From an uncultured Planctomycetia bacterium (GTDB lineage Bacteria > Omnitrophota > Gorgyraeia > 2-01-FULL-45-10): a stretch of 64,000 nt of DNA. Positions 18,636 through 27,708 of this stretch are shown piece after piece. Each line of letters starts with the position of its first letter. The stretch's first letter is position 1. Position numbers and translations under genes: made by a program. Location: NCBI GenBank assembly GCA_964352425.1, contig CAYGRZ010000001.1, forward strand, positions 64,672-128,671. Direction: 5' to 3'. The notes beneath the pieces are model-generated. The model ran no database searches. It had not been told where the DNA came from and was given only the letters and a program-made list of their open reading frames with translations.

Positions 18636-19727
18636 ATGAAGACGATACGAGTTGCCTTACGGTCGAGGTCGTACGATATATGTATCGGGAGCGGCCTGCT
18701 GAAGACCTGCGGGGCCGCTCTGAAAAAATTACGCATCGGCACCGATGCCGTCGTGATAACGAACAGGCGGCTCTGGGGCCTCTACGGGAAACGGCTGCAG
18801 GCAACGCTGCGGCGTAACGGATTCTCCGTCCGCTTCGAGATAGTCCCCGACTCAGAAAAAGCAAAATCGGTCCGTATAGCCGCGAAACTGTTGACGGCCC
18901 TGGCGGAGTACGACGTGCGCAGGCGCGTCTTCATCATCGCGCTCGGCGGCGGCGTTGTCGGCGATCTCGCCGGATTCGTCGCTGCCACGTACAAGAGAGG
19001 CATACCGTACGTCCAGATACCGACGACGCTGCTCGCGCAGGTCGATTCGGCGATCGGCGGCAAAGTCGCGATCGACCTCGCGGTCGCAAAGAACCTCGCA
19101 GGAGCATTCTACCAGCCGCGTATAGTCATCTCGGATATTTCTCTGGTCAAAACTCTCCCGCCGCGTCAGGTAAGGAGCGGCATTGCCGAGATCATCAAAT
19201 ACGGCGTTATAAAGGATCCGAAACTGTTCCGGTTCCTCGAAACCGGCTACAGGGAGGTGTTGAAGCTCGACACAGGCACGCTCGAATACGTGATCGCGGC
19301 CTCCAGCAGGATAAAGGCTGCGGTGGTGGCGAAAGATGAATTTGACAGGACCGGCGCGAGGGCCATCCTGAACTACGGCCATACGATAGGCCACGCGATA
19401 GAAGCCGCTTCCGGATACTCGGACCGGTTCAGCCATGGCGAGGCGGTGGCGATAGGCATGGCCGCGGCCTCGCGGATATCGGCCTCACTCGGGATATTTA
19501 AAGAGGCGGACGCCGACCGTATCGAGGCGCTTTTGAAGAAAACAGGCCTTCCGGTAAAGGCGGAAGGCCTGAAGCCTGCGGCCGTGTACGGCTCACACCT
19601 GCACGATAAAAAATTTATCCGCGGCACGAACCGGTTCGTCCTGCCCGTTAAGATCGGTTCCGTCAGGGTCGTCGAAGGCGTACCCGAGCGTATCGTCAAA
19701 TCGGTTATCAGGGATCTTGTCCGGTGA
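18636..19727 (+). CDS. aroB: 3-dehydroquinate synthase
   Basis: GGGVVGDLAGF, PTTLLAQVDSAIGGK and LNYGHTIGHAIE motifs. Confidence 0.96.
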   Translation: MKTIRVALRSRSYDICIGSGLLKTCGAALKKLRIGTDAVVITNRRLWGLYGKRLQATLRRNGFSVRFEIVPDSEKAKSVRIAAKLLTALAEYDVRRRVFIIALGGGVVGDLAGFVAATYKRGIPYVQIPTTLLAQVDSAIGGKVAIDLAVAKNLAGAFYQPRIVISDISLVKTLPPRQVRSGIAEIIKYGVIKDPKLFRFLETGYREVLKLDTGTLEYVIAASSRIKAAVVAKDEFDRTGARAILNYGHTIGHAIEAASGYSDRFSHGEAVAIGMAAASRISASLGIFKEADADRIEALLKKTGLPVKAEGLKPAAVYGSHLHDKKFIRGTNRFVLPVKIGSVRVVEGVPERIVKSVIRDLVR

Positions 19728-19760
19728 TCGCCGAAATACACATATCCACAAGGGGGTCGT

Positions 19761-20222
19761 ATGGCACATGAGTTGCGCGCTTTTAAGAAGGAAGACGCCG
19801 AAGGCGTGAAGGAACTGATATTGACTATCCTTACCAGGGAATACCCGTTCGACAAGTCGGCATATTCCGACAGCGACCTCGAGAGGATCGGCGAGACGTA
19901 TGGCGCCGGGAAGGACGCCTTCTTCGTCGTCGAGGACGACGGCGAGATAGTCGGCACGATCGGCGTGAAGGGGGAGTCGGACGAGGACGCGCTGCTGCGC
20001 AGGCTCTTCGTCAACCCGAAGCACCGCAAGCACGGTTACGGCAGCGCGCTGCTGGAGAAGGCGGTCGATTTCTGCATCAAGAACGGCTACAAGCGAATAT
20101 TCTTCCGGTGCACCGACAGGATGTCGGACGCGATGAAGCTCTGCATCAAGAAAGGGTTCAGGAAGGCCGAAAGCCTTGCGGTGAGCGGTTTCAATATCCA
20201 CAAGCTGGAGATCGACCTTTAA
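19761..20222 (+). CDS. GNAT acetyltransferase
   Basis: LRRLFVNPKHRKHGYGSALL acetyl-CoA binding motif. Confidence 0.88.
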   Translation: MAHELRAFKKEDAEGVKELILTILTREYPFDKSAYSDSDLERIGETYGAGKDAFFVVEDDGEIVGTIGVKGESDEDALLRRLFVNPKHRKHGYGSALLEKAVDFCIKNGYKRIFFRCTDRMSDAMKLCIKKGFRKAESLAVSGFNIHKLEIDL

Positions 20223-20644
20223 TGAAGGTCCACGAGACCGAGATCCGCGTCAGGTACCAGGAGACGGACAATATGGGCGTCGTGTACTACGCGAATTACC
20301 TCGTCTGGTTCGAGGTGGCGCGGACCGAATACATGCGCGCCTCAGGCATCTGCTACCGTACGATGGAAGAGAAGGGGATGTACATGATGGTCGCCGAGGC
20401 CCGCTGCCGGTATAAGGCACCCGCCCGATACGACGATATGGTCAAGATCCAGGCCTGGATATCGAAGATAAAAAATTCAAGCATGCAGTTCGAGTACAAA
20501 CTATGTATCGGGGACAAGCTTATTGCTACGGGCGAGTCGGTCCATGTATTTACGGGCCGTTCCGGAAGGCCCATGAGGATCCCCGAAGATATCAGAAGGC
20601 TTTGCAGGGAGGACGGTACCCCCCGCACGATCATTTCAGGTTGA
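20222..20644 (+). CDS. Acyl-CoA thioesterase (YbgC/FadM family)
   Basis: VRYQETDNMGVVYYANYLVWFE motif. Confidence 0.9.
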   Translation: MKVHETEIRVRYQETDNMGVVYYANYLVWFEVARTEYMRASGICYRTMEEKGMYMMVAEARCRYKAPARYDDMVKIQAWISKIKNSSMQFEYKLCIGDKLIATGESVHVFTGRSGRPMRIPEDIRRLCREDGTPRTIISG

Positions 20645-21185
20645 GCGTTATCTCAACATCATTATAGACGAGCACGACGCTTTTCCTGTCTATCCTGACC
20701 ACCTTCGCGCCGCTGGCATATTCTCCGACTTCGACCATCGCATTATTGACTATCGCGCGCGGGCCTTCCTCGAGATACATGATCCCGTTCAATACCAGCT
20801 TCGGGGCTGTCGAGGCGAGCTCGGCGGCTTGCCGGGCGGTGGCTTGCGCCTCAACGCCGGCGGACTGGTCCAGTTCGGCCTTCGGCAGCGCCCTGTAGCG
20901 AACTTCCTGCGCGGGCGGCGTGGGCGCCTGGGCCCCCGCGTCCCGGCCGGGGCGTGTCGCGACGAGCGGCCCAAGCGATAATGAGACGAGCGCTATCGCG
21001 GCGATCAGCAGGGCCGTTGAAACCAGGATAATGGATTTCGGCAGCGGCTTCGCTTTCGCTGGCGCAGGCGCCTTGTGAGGCGCCTGTCCGGCCTCAACAG
21101 CCTTCGTCTGGCAGGGCGCGGCCTTCGATGCACCAATGCCGATGGCACCCTGAGCTTTCTTCAGCGCTTCCTGTATGATACTCAT
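20631..21185 (-). CDS. GspB/ExeB-like protein
   Basis: MSIIQEALKKAQ N-terminus, TM segment, C-terminal LNGIMY...AIVN; follows exeA. Confidence 0.75.
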   Translation of the reverse strand: MSIIQEALKKAQGAIGIGASKAAPCQTKAVEAGQAPHKAPAPAKAKPLPKSIILVSTALLIAAIALVSLSLGPLVATRPGRDAGAQAPTPPAQEVRYRALPKAELDQSAGVEAQATARQAAELASTAPKLVLNGIMYLEEGPRAIVNNAMVEVGEYASGAKVVRIDRKSVVLVYNDVEITLNLK

Positions 21186-21997
21186 CTTCCTATATTTCCT
21201 TCCATCTCCTGGATGCTCTTTTCGATTATCGGCAATGTTATCGTGCGCGTCTCCATCACGTAGGCGGTGAGCATCGATTTGTCGCACACCATGTTTATGA
21301 TCCGCGGTATGCCTCCCGTAAACCGGTAGACGCAGTCGATCGCTTCAGGAGTGAATGATATCTGGCCCGTCGCGCCGGCGACGGTGAGCCGGTGGTTGAT
21401 ATAGTCTCCGACCTCGTCTTTCTCGAGAGGCGTTATATGAAACCTCACCGCGATGCGCTGGCGCAGCTGCTTCAGGCTCGGCGAACTCAGCTTGTTCTTC
21501 AGTTCCGGCTGGCCCACGAGGATTATCTGGAACAGCTTCTCCTTATCCGTCTCGAGGTTGGAGAGCATGCGAATCTCTTCGAGGATCGAGGCTTTGAGGT
21601 TCTGCGCCTCGTCTATTATGAGGATGACATTGTTGCCCCTGGTCAACTCTTCGATAAGGAAGTTATTCAGCTGTTTGATCAGCGCGACCTTGGTCTTCTT
21701 CGTGACGACCATCCCGTAATCTTCGAGTATCGCCTGCAGGAGCTGCATTTCGGGAAGCGTGGAATTGAAGATGAAGGCGCTCTTTGTGTTCCGGTCGAGC
21801 TTGCTTAAGAGCGCCCTGCAGAGCGTCGTCTTGCCGGCGCCGATCTCGCCGGTTATCTCGATAAAACCCTTGCGCTCCTTTATGCCGTACAGCAGGTGGG
21901 AGAAGGCCTCCCGGTGCACGCGGCTTAAGTAAAGGAAGTTCGGGTCGCTCGTTATGTTGAATGGCTTTTCTTTGAGGCCGAAAAATTCTCTATACAT
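21182..21997 (-). CDS. exeA: ExeA/GspA-family AAA ATPase
   Basis: MYREFFGLKEKPF, GEIGAGKTT, IIDEAQNL, LVGQPEL and GIPRIIN motifs. Confidence 0.9.
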   Translation of the reverse strand: MYREFFGLKEKPFNITSDPNFLYLSRVHREAFSHLLYGIKERKGFIEITGEIGAGKTTLCRALLSKLDRNTKSAFIFNSTLPEMQLLQAILEDYGMVVTKKTKVALIKQLNNFLIEELTRGNNVILIIDEAQNLKASILEEIRMLSNLETDKEKLFQIILVGQPELKNKLSSPSLKQLRQRIAVRFHITPLEKDEVGDYINHRLTVAGATGQISFTPEAIDCVYRFTGGIPRIINMVCDKSMLTAYVMETRTITLPIIEKSIQEMEGNIGR

Positions 21998-22060
21998 TGG
22001 CGTGTTTAATTATACACCTGCCTTCAGCGCATTGTAAATATATTATTTCGGAGAATTGAC

Positions 22061-22089
22061 TTGCATTTATAACGGGCCTTATGTATAAT
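22061..22089 (+). promoter_or_regulatory. Sigma70-type promoter
   Basis: TTGCAT-17-TATAAT. Confidence 0.6.
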
Positions 22090-22119
22090 ACTCACGAAAA
22101 ATCGGAGGAGCGCTATTGT

Positions 22120-22491
22120 ATGTGGAACGGCATCAACAGAAGAAGATTCCCGAGAGCAAATTACAAATGCCTCATATCGATAAAGAAGAGGCTCACGTCG
22201 AAGACCATATCGACGCATACCGAGAATATCGGCGCAGGCGGCATCTGCGTACTACTGAAGGAAGACCTCGGCCTGTTCCAGGGTGTTGATATCGAACTCT
22301 ATCTTGATGAAGCGAAGCCGCCGATAAAGAGCGGCGGTACGATCGTCTGGGTCGTGAAGAAGTCCGAGCCGAAGCAGAAGGGCGTCTACATGTACGACAC
22401 CGGCGTGGAGTTCATCGATATTCGCCCGGAAGACCGCGAGAAGATCACCGGGATCGTGGAAAACATACTGAAGGCGCGCAGACAAAAATAG
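22120..22491 (+). CDS. PilZ domain protein
   Basis: RRRFPR and NIGAGG motifs, GVEF. Confidence 0.85.
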   Translation: MWNGINRRRFPRANYKCLISIKKRLTSKTISTHTENIGAGGICVLLKEDLGLFQGVDIELYLDEAKPPIKSGGTIVWVVKKSEPKQKGVYMYDTGVEFIDIRPEDREKITGIVENILKARRQK

Positions 22492-22511
22492 CATGTAAAT
22501 GCTATAAATAC

Positions 22512-22540
22512 TTGACAAGCGGGTGTTGGTGTGTTATACT
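22512..22540 (+). promoter_or_regulatory. Sigma70-type promoter
   Basis: TTGACA-17-TATACT. Confidence 0.7.
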
Positions 22541-22571
22541 TAAGCAAATTCAGAATGGGGGGAGGTGACAG

Positions 22572-22904
22572 ATGATGAAGATGGTTAAGGGTATTATTAT
22601 ACTTGTTGCTATATTGATGGTTCTGAATATAGCGACAGCTAGTTACGCTCAGGATATGGGTAAGAAGCTCTACAGAGGTCTTGCTAACGTGGTGACCGGA
22701 TGGGTCGAGCTTCCGAAGAATATCTATGACACTAGCGTAGAGGACAACGTGCTCTCTGGTCTGACTGTCGGCTTAGCGAAAGGCGTTGGGATGACGATCG
22801 TGCGCACTGGCGCAGGAGTGTATGAAACAGCTACATTCCCGTTCCCCATACCGGAAGGCTATTGCCCGGTGTTAGAGCCGGAGTTTGTGTTCAGGGGAAA
22901 ATAA
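22572..22904 (+). CDS. Secreted protein, TIGR04073 (exosortase-associated) family
   Basis: Signal peptide, then KLYRGLANVVTGWVELPKNI...YETATFPFP. Confidence 0.75.
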   Translation: MMKMVKGIIILVAILMVLNIATASYAQDMGKKLYRGLANVVTGWVELPKNIYDTSVEDNVLSGLTVGLAKGVGMTIVRTGAGVYETATFPFPIPEGYCPVLEPEFVFRGK

Positions 22905-22926
22905 TCCACAAGATTATATTTTCCGG

Positions 22927-22969
22927 AAATAAGGGGATAGAAAGAACACTTTTTATCCCCTTATTTTTT
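22927..22969 (+). terminator. Intrinsic terminator
   Basis: aaataaggggata...tatccccttattt stem followed by a T-run. Confidence 0.8.
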
Positions 22970-23004
22970 ATACCGCCTGTATAACCCGCGCCAAGAGGAC
23001 TTAC

Positions 23005-23349
23005 GTGACCGAAAGAAGAAGGTTTTTAAGGTTTGAGACTGCCCTAAGCGCCATCTGCGATATCCTTCACGAGAAAAGCAAGGCCGCTTCCAGGGTAAAA
23101 AATATATCGAAGGAAGGCGCTCTGCTCGTCATCGACAAGAAGCTGAGAGAAGGCGACGAAATAAACCTCGCCGTTGATGTGCCCGGAGATAATGTCCCGA
23201 TATTCGCGACGTGCCAGGTTGCGTGGCAGAAGAACGCCGAGACAAATTATGAGACCGGCGTGAAGTTCACCAAGATCGCTAATTCCGATAAAGGCAGGCT
23301 TTTAGAATATATATATTTACAGTGGTTGAGGTTCCTGGACAGAGAGTAA
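23005..23349 (+). CDS. PilZ domain protein
   Basis: ERRRFLR and NISKEG motifs. Confidence 0.85.
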   Translation: MTERRRFLRFETALSAICDILHEKSKAASRVKNISKEGALLVIDKKLREGDEINLAVDVPGDNVPIFATCQVAWQKNAETNYETGVKFTKIANSDKGRLLEYIYLQWLRFLDRE

Positions 23350-23369
23350 CAAACACAAAACGGTGAGGT

Positions 23370-23732
23370 ATGGCGGAAGAAAAAAAAGAAGAACGGAAAG
23401 CAGAAACTCCAGCGCAGCCAACGGCCGCCGAAGCGCCCAAGGCAGAAGCGCCCAAGCAGGAAGCGCCTGCTGCAGCACCCGAGCCGCAGGCTCCGATGGC
23501 TGAGGCAGCTGGGCAGGCAGCGCCCGCAAACCCGGCGCCGGTCGCAAAGGAAGAGAAGAAGGAAACGGCGCCTGCGAAGAAAGAGAAGCCGGCGAACTGC
23601 GCGGGCTGCAAGAAGTCGATAAAGAAGAAGCGCTGGTATTACAGGGACGGCAACTACTATTGCACCAAGCGGTGCTGGACATCGGCGAAGAAGAAGGCGG
23701 AGATACCGCAAGAGACCGCGCCGGCAAGCTGA
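23370..23732 (+). CDS. Low-complexity Ala/Pro/Glu protein with C-terminal zinc-ribbon-like motif
   Basis: CAGC...YYCTKRC; GAGGT RBS. Confidence 0.65.
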   Translation: MAEEKKEERKAETPAQPTAAEAPKAEAPKQEAPAAAPEPQAPMAEAAGQAAPANPAPVAKEEKKETAPAKKEKPANCAGCKKSIKKKRWYYRDGNYYCTKRCWTSAKKKAEIPQETAPAS

Positions 23733-23738
23733 TAGATT

Positions 23739-24299
23739 ATGTCGAAGGTGCAGATCCCACCCAACGAAGCCCTTTATCCGGTTCCCGTTGTCCTCGTAAG
23801 CTGCCTGGACAAAGCCAATAAGAGAGCCAACGTCATAACGATAGCGTGGTGCGGCATCGTGGCGTCGCAGCCGCCGCAGATATCGGTTTCGATCCGGCCA
23901 TCGCGCCATTCCCACGCCCTGATAACAGCCGAGAGATCGTTCGTCATAAACATCCCCACAAGCCGGATCATGGAAAAGGCCGACCTCTGCGGCATCCTTT
24001 CCGGGAAAGAGACCGATAAGTTCAAGGCCTGCTCGTTCACCGCCATCCCGGCATCAAAGGTATCCGCCCCGATGATACAAGAGTGCCCTGTCAATATCGA
24101 ATGCAAGCTTAAGGAAGTGCTGAAGCTCGGCTCCCATGACGTCTTCATCGGCGAGGTCGTGGCCGTCCACGCCGATCAGTCCGTCGTCAATAACAAGGGC
24201 CGCATCGACTACGGCAAGACTGAGCCATTCGTCTTCAACCAGGGCGAATACTGGGACCTCGGCAAAAAGATCGGCTCCTATGGCTGCTCCTCAAAATAG
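23739..24299 (+). CDS. Flavin reductase-like protein (flavoredoxin family)
   Basis: YPVPVVLVS, ECPVNIEC and GSHDVFIGEV motifs. Confidence 0.88.
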   Translation: MSKVQIPPNEALYPVPVVLVSCLDKANKRANVITIAWCGIVASQPPQISVSIRPSRHSHALITAERSFVINIPTSRIMEKADLCGILSGKETDKFKACSFTAIPASKVSAPMIQECPVNIECKLKEVLKLGSHDVFIGEVVAVHADQSVVNNKGRIDYGKTEPFVFNQGEYWDLGKKIGSYGCSSK

Positions 24300-24777
24300 A
24301 GACGCCCGAAAGAGACCCTCCTATATATTCCTGGTCAGCGCCTGCCTCGCAGGCATACACTGTACTTATAAAGGAAAGAATAAGCTGGACAGGCGCGTCA
24401 GGAGACTCGCGGACCTTGGCCTCGCCCTGCCCGTGTGCCCGGAAGTGATGGGCGGCTCATCGGCTCCCCGCCAGACGTGCGAGATAGTCGGCGGAGACGG
24501 CGCCGACGTGCTCGACAAAAAGGCGAGAGTGGTAACGCCCTCGGGGCAGGACATTTCGCGCATAGTGCTCAAAGGCGCCCGCGAGGCGTTGCGGATGGCA
24601 CAGAGATGCGGGATAAAGAAGGCCATACTGAAGTCAAAAAGCCCGTCATGCGGATGCGGCCATATATATGACGGGACATTCACCCGCCGCCTGAAGAAGG
24701 GTGACGGCGTAATGGCAGCGCTGCTGCGCCGCAACCATATCAGGGTATATACCGAAAAGGACAAAGCGCATGCCTAG
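24280..24777 (+). CDS. DUF523 family protein (2-thiouracil desulfurase-like)
   Basis: VSACLAG, PVCPEVMGG and LKSKSPSCG motifs. Confidence 0.85.
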   Translation: MAAPQNRDARKRPSYIFLVSACLAGIHCTYKGKNKLDRRVRRLADLGLALPVCPEVMGGSSAPRQTCEIVGGDGADVLDKKARVVTPSGQDISRIVLKGAREALRMAQRCGIKKAILKSKSPSCGCGHIYDGTFTRRLKKGDGVMAALLRRNHIRVYTEKDKAHA

Positions 24778-25846
24778 CAAAGTATACTACATACAATCGG
24801 ATGCCTCAGACTCGGTGACATCAGTATCTGAGAAACTGGCGAAGCTGATCGATACAAGCGGCGTCCTCGGCTGTATACAGAAGGACGATTTTACGGCCAT
24901 CAAGATGCACTTCGGCGATGAGGGCAACACAGGGCATATCAGGCATGAATGGGCACGCGAGGCCGCACGGCACGTCAGCAGGAAGACGGCCAACGCCTTC
25001 CTGGCCGACTCGAATGTAATATACAAGATCGGTAAGCGCGCTCATTCGGTAGAGCATCTGAAGATCGCCAACGAGCACGGGTTTAACCTGAACAATATCG
25101 GCCTGCCCATCCTGATAGCGGACGGGCTGCGCGGCAGGAACTTTGTCGAGGTGCCGGTTGACGGAAAGCATTTCAGCAAAGTTAAGATAGCTTCTGACTT
25201 TGCCGACTGTGACAGCATCATCGCGATGTCGCACATGACCGGCCATATAGTGACCGGCATGGGCTGCGCTATCAAGAACATCGGCATGGGCTGCGCGGCC
25301 AGGCGCGGTAAATACGAACAGCACTGCGGGGCTGCTCCGGACGTGGTTCCTGAGCATTGTGTGGGTTGCGGAGCGTGCGTCAACGTCTGTCCTGCAGGCT
25401 GCCTGACGCTCAAGGGAAAGGTGATCTCCTTCGCAAAAGAGAAATGCCTGGGCTGCGGCGAGTGCGCAGTCGTATGCAAAACGAAGGCCATAGAGATACG
25501 GTGGAGCGAGACGCTTGAAAACCTGCAGGAAAAGATGGTAGAATATGCCTGCGGGCTGGTCAAGGCAGTACGCGGGAATCTCGGGTACATAAATTTCCTG
25601 ATCAAGGTGACGAAGGACTGCGACTGCCTGGCAAAGGACGATCCGAGGATCGTCCGGGACCTCGGGATCCTCGCATCCCGCGATCCGGTCGCTATCGATA
25701 CGGCATCCGTGGACCTCATAGTGAAAGCGGCCGGCAGCGACGTCTTCAAGGCAGGGTATCCGGAGACGGACTGGTCAGTGCAGTTACAATACGCCGCCGC
25801 GTTCGGGCTCGGCAGCAGGGACTACGAATTAGAGGTAGTGAAATAA
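24770..25846 (+). CDS. DUF362 protein with two 4Fe-4S ferredoxin motifs
   Basis: AIKMHFG, KNIGMGC, CVGCGACVNVCP, CLGCGECAVVC and DPVAID motifs. Confidence 0.85.
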   Translation: MPSKVYYIQSDASDSVTSVSEKLAKLIDTSGVLGCIQKDDFTAIKMHFGDEGNTGHIRHEWAREAARHVSRKTANAFLADSNVIYKIGKRAHSVEHLKIANEHGFNLNNIGLPILIADGLRGRNFVEVPVDGKHFSKVKIASDFADCDSIIAMSHMTGHIVTGMGCAIKNIGMGCAARRGKYEQHCGAAPDVVPEHCVGCGACVNVCPAGCLTLKGKVISFAKEKCLGCGECAVVCKTKAIEIRWSETLENLQEKMVEYACGLVKAVRGNLGYINFLIKVTKDCDCLAKDDPRIVRDLGILASRDPVAIDTASVDLIVKAAGSDVFKAGYPETDWSVQLQYAAAFGLGSRDYELEVVK

Positions 25847-26196
25847 TGAATAAGGGCGACTGCATCTTCTGCAGGATCGTACGTAAAGAGATACCCGCCA
25901 CGATAGTCTTCGAAGATAAGACAACCCTGGCGTTCGAGGACGCCAAGCCGCAGGCGCCCGTACATATTCTCATCGTCCCGAAAAACCACATCGAGAAGAC
26001 CGCAGACCTCTCAAGCGCGGACATGCACATGATCGGTGAGCTCATCCTCACTGCGAAAGATATAGCGAAACAGCGGAATATCCAGGAATCGGGATACAGG
26101 ATCGTCCTGAATTGCAACCGGGACGCCGGCCAGGAGGTGTTCCATATACACCTGCACCTGCTCGGAGGCAGAAAATTCTCCTGGCCGCCGGGATAA
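25846..26196 (+). CDS. hinT: Histidine triad nucleotide-binding protein
   Basis: DCIFC and GQEVFHIHLHLLGGR motifs. Confidence 0.9.
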   Translation: MNKGDCIFCRIVRKEIPATIVFEDKTTLAFEDAKPQAPVHILIVPKNHIEKTADLSSADMHMIGELILTAKDIAKQRNIQESGYRIVLNCNRDAGQEVFHIHLHLLGGRKFSWPPG

Positions 26197-26212
26197 TATA
26201 AGGAGTACCACA

Positions 26213-26587
26213 ATGGCTCAGCAAGAGAGAAGAAGGGCTCCCCGCATAGATGACGAGGAGTTGTCGCTGGAGCTGCACGCGGGTAATTTTGACGCGATGG
26301 CCCATACGCTGAACATCAGCGCGTCCGGCCTGTACTGCAAGGTCGACAGGGAGATGCCGCTGATGTCGAGGGTCAAGCTGATGTTGATGATCCCGGATCA
26401 GTCCGGCGCCGCCAAAGAGGTCAGGAATGTCGAAGTGGAGGGCGTGGTGGTCAGGGCCCATCCGGTGATCATCGACGGCCAGATCAAGCACTACGATGTC
26501 GCCATATTCTTCGACAGCCTCCCGCCGAAGGCCCGCGAGCTGATAGCGGGCTATATCGCCCGCAAAAAGGGCGGCGCCGGCAGGTAG
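26213..26587 (+). CDS. PilZ domain protein
   Basis: ERRRAPR and NISASG motifs. Confidence 0.82.
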   Translation: MAQQERRRAPRIDDEELSLELHAGNFDAMAHTLNISASGLYCKVDREMPLMSRVKLMLMIPDQSGAAKEVRNVEVEGVVVRAHPVIIDGQIKHYDVAIFFDSLPPKARELIAGYIARKKGGAGR

Positions 26588-26600
26588 CGCGAATTTTAAG

Positions 26601-27128
26601 ATGGGCAAGATCGGGAAGCCGCACAAAGTCAAGCTGATCGTCGGATTGCTGTCGAACGATATCCCGGCGATCGAAAAGGCCACTATCCTACTGAAGAGGG
26701 AGTTCGGCAGGACGGACTTCGAAAGCGGGTGCCTTAACTTCACCCACACCGACTATTACGAAGGCGAGATGGGGACTTCCTTGAAGCGCAAATTCCTCAG
26801 CTTTGCAAAGCCGTTTAGTCTGGACCATATATGCGCGGCCAAGCTCAGGACCGACAGGCTGGAAAAGACCTTCATGCGCCGAGGCGGGCGCACGGTCAAC
26901 ATCGACCCCGGATACGTCGACTGTTCGAAGCTCGTGCTCTTCTCGACAAAAGATTATACTCACAGGATATACCTGGAGAAGGGGATTTTCGCGGAAGTCA
27001 CACTGTTCTATAAAGGCGGGACGTTCAAGGCCTGGCCGTGGACATATCCGGATTACAAGAGCGCCCCGTACATCGATATATTCAATTCGATCAGGGAGAT
27101 CTATACAACAGGGACCTCTCAGTGCTGA
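26601..27128 (+). CDS. DUF4416 family protein
   Basis: TDYYEGEMG, VNIDPGY, HRIYL and WPWTYPDY motifs. Confidence 0.8.
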   Translation: MGKIGKPHKVKLIVGLLSNDIPAIEKATILLKREFGRTDFESGCLNFTHTDYYEGEMGTSLKRKFLSFAKPFSLDHICAAKLRTDRLEKTFMRRGGRTVNIDPGYVDCSKLVLFSTKDYTHRIYLEKGIFAEVTLFYKGGTFKAWPWTYPDYKSAPYIDIFNSIREIYTTGTSQC

Positions 27129-27700
27129 TAAAGAAGAAGAGCCTCATCGTAGCGCTTGTATCGAGTTTCGTAATATGCCTCGTCCTGATCATGACGCTCG
27201 TCGGATACGCCATATACCTCGAATTGAAAGACGAGGAGTCGAGGAAGGTGTATCAGGCCATGCTCCAGAAAGTGAATGCGCAGTATTACGCTAAACATAT
27301 CGAAGTGGCGCGGCTGGGCGCTACGGTTGAGTCCGCCGGCGCGCTTAAAGGCCAACCGGTCGTCGAGGGCATTGTCAGGAACAGCGGGTATAAAGACATA
27401 TCGGACATCCTGCTGAAAGTGAAGTTCCTCGACCGCGACGGCGCCATAGTGTATGAGGCGGTATTCCACCCGCAGGAGCCGTCGCTTGGCTCTTCAAGCC
27501 TTTCGAAGGTCTCGATCCCTTATTTTTCAGAGCACTCAAAAACCGTCATCAGGCCTGAAGGGTCTCTTCCATTTAAACGGATACTCACTAACTGCCCCGC
27601 GGAGATCGTCGGTGAACTCAAAAACGGGAAGGCCGCTAAGGGTGTGGCCGGCAGATGGTCCGGCACGTTCGATTACGAGATCCTCGCCATAAACTTCTAG
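27122..27700 (+). CDS. Hypothetical membrane-anchored protein
   Basis: GTG start overlapping the upstream stop; N-terminal TM segment. Confidence 0.6.
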   Translation: MLIKKKSLIVALVSSFVICLVLIMTLVGYAIYLELKDEESRKVYQAMLQKVNAQYYAKHIEVARLGATVESAGALKGQPVVEGIVRNSGYKDISDILLKVKFLDRDGAIVYEAVFHPQEPSLGSSSLSKVSIPYFSEHSKTVIRPEGSLPFKRILTNCPAEIVGELKNGKAAKGVAGRWSGTFDYEILAINF

Positions 27701-27708
27701 ACCCCAAT

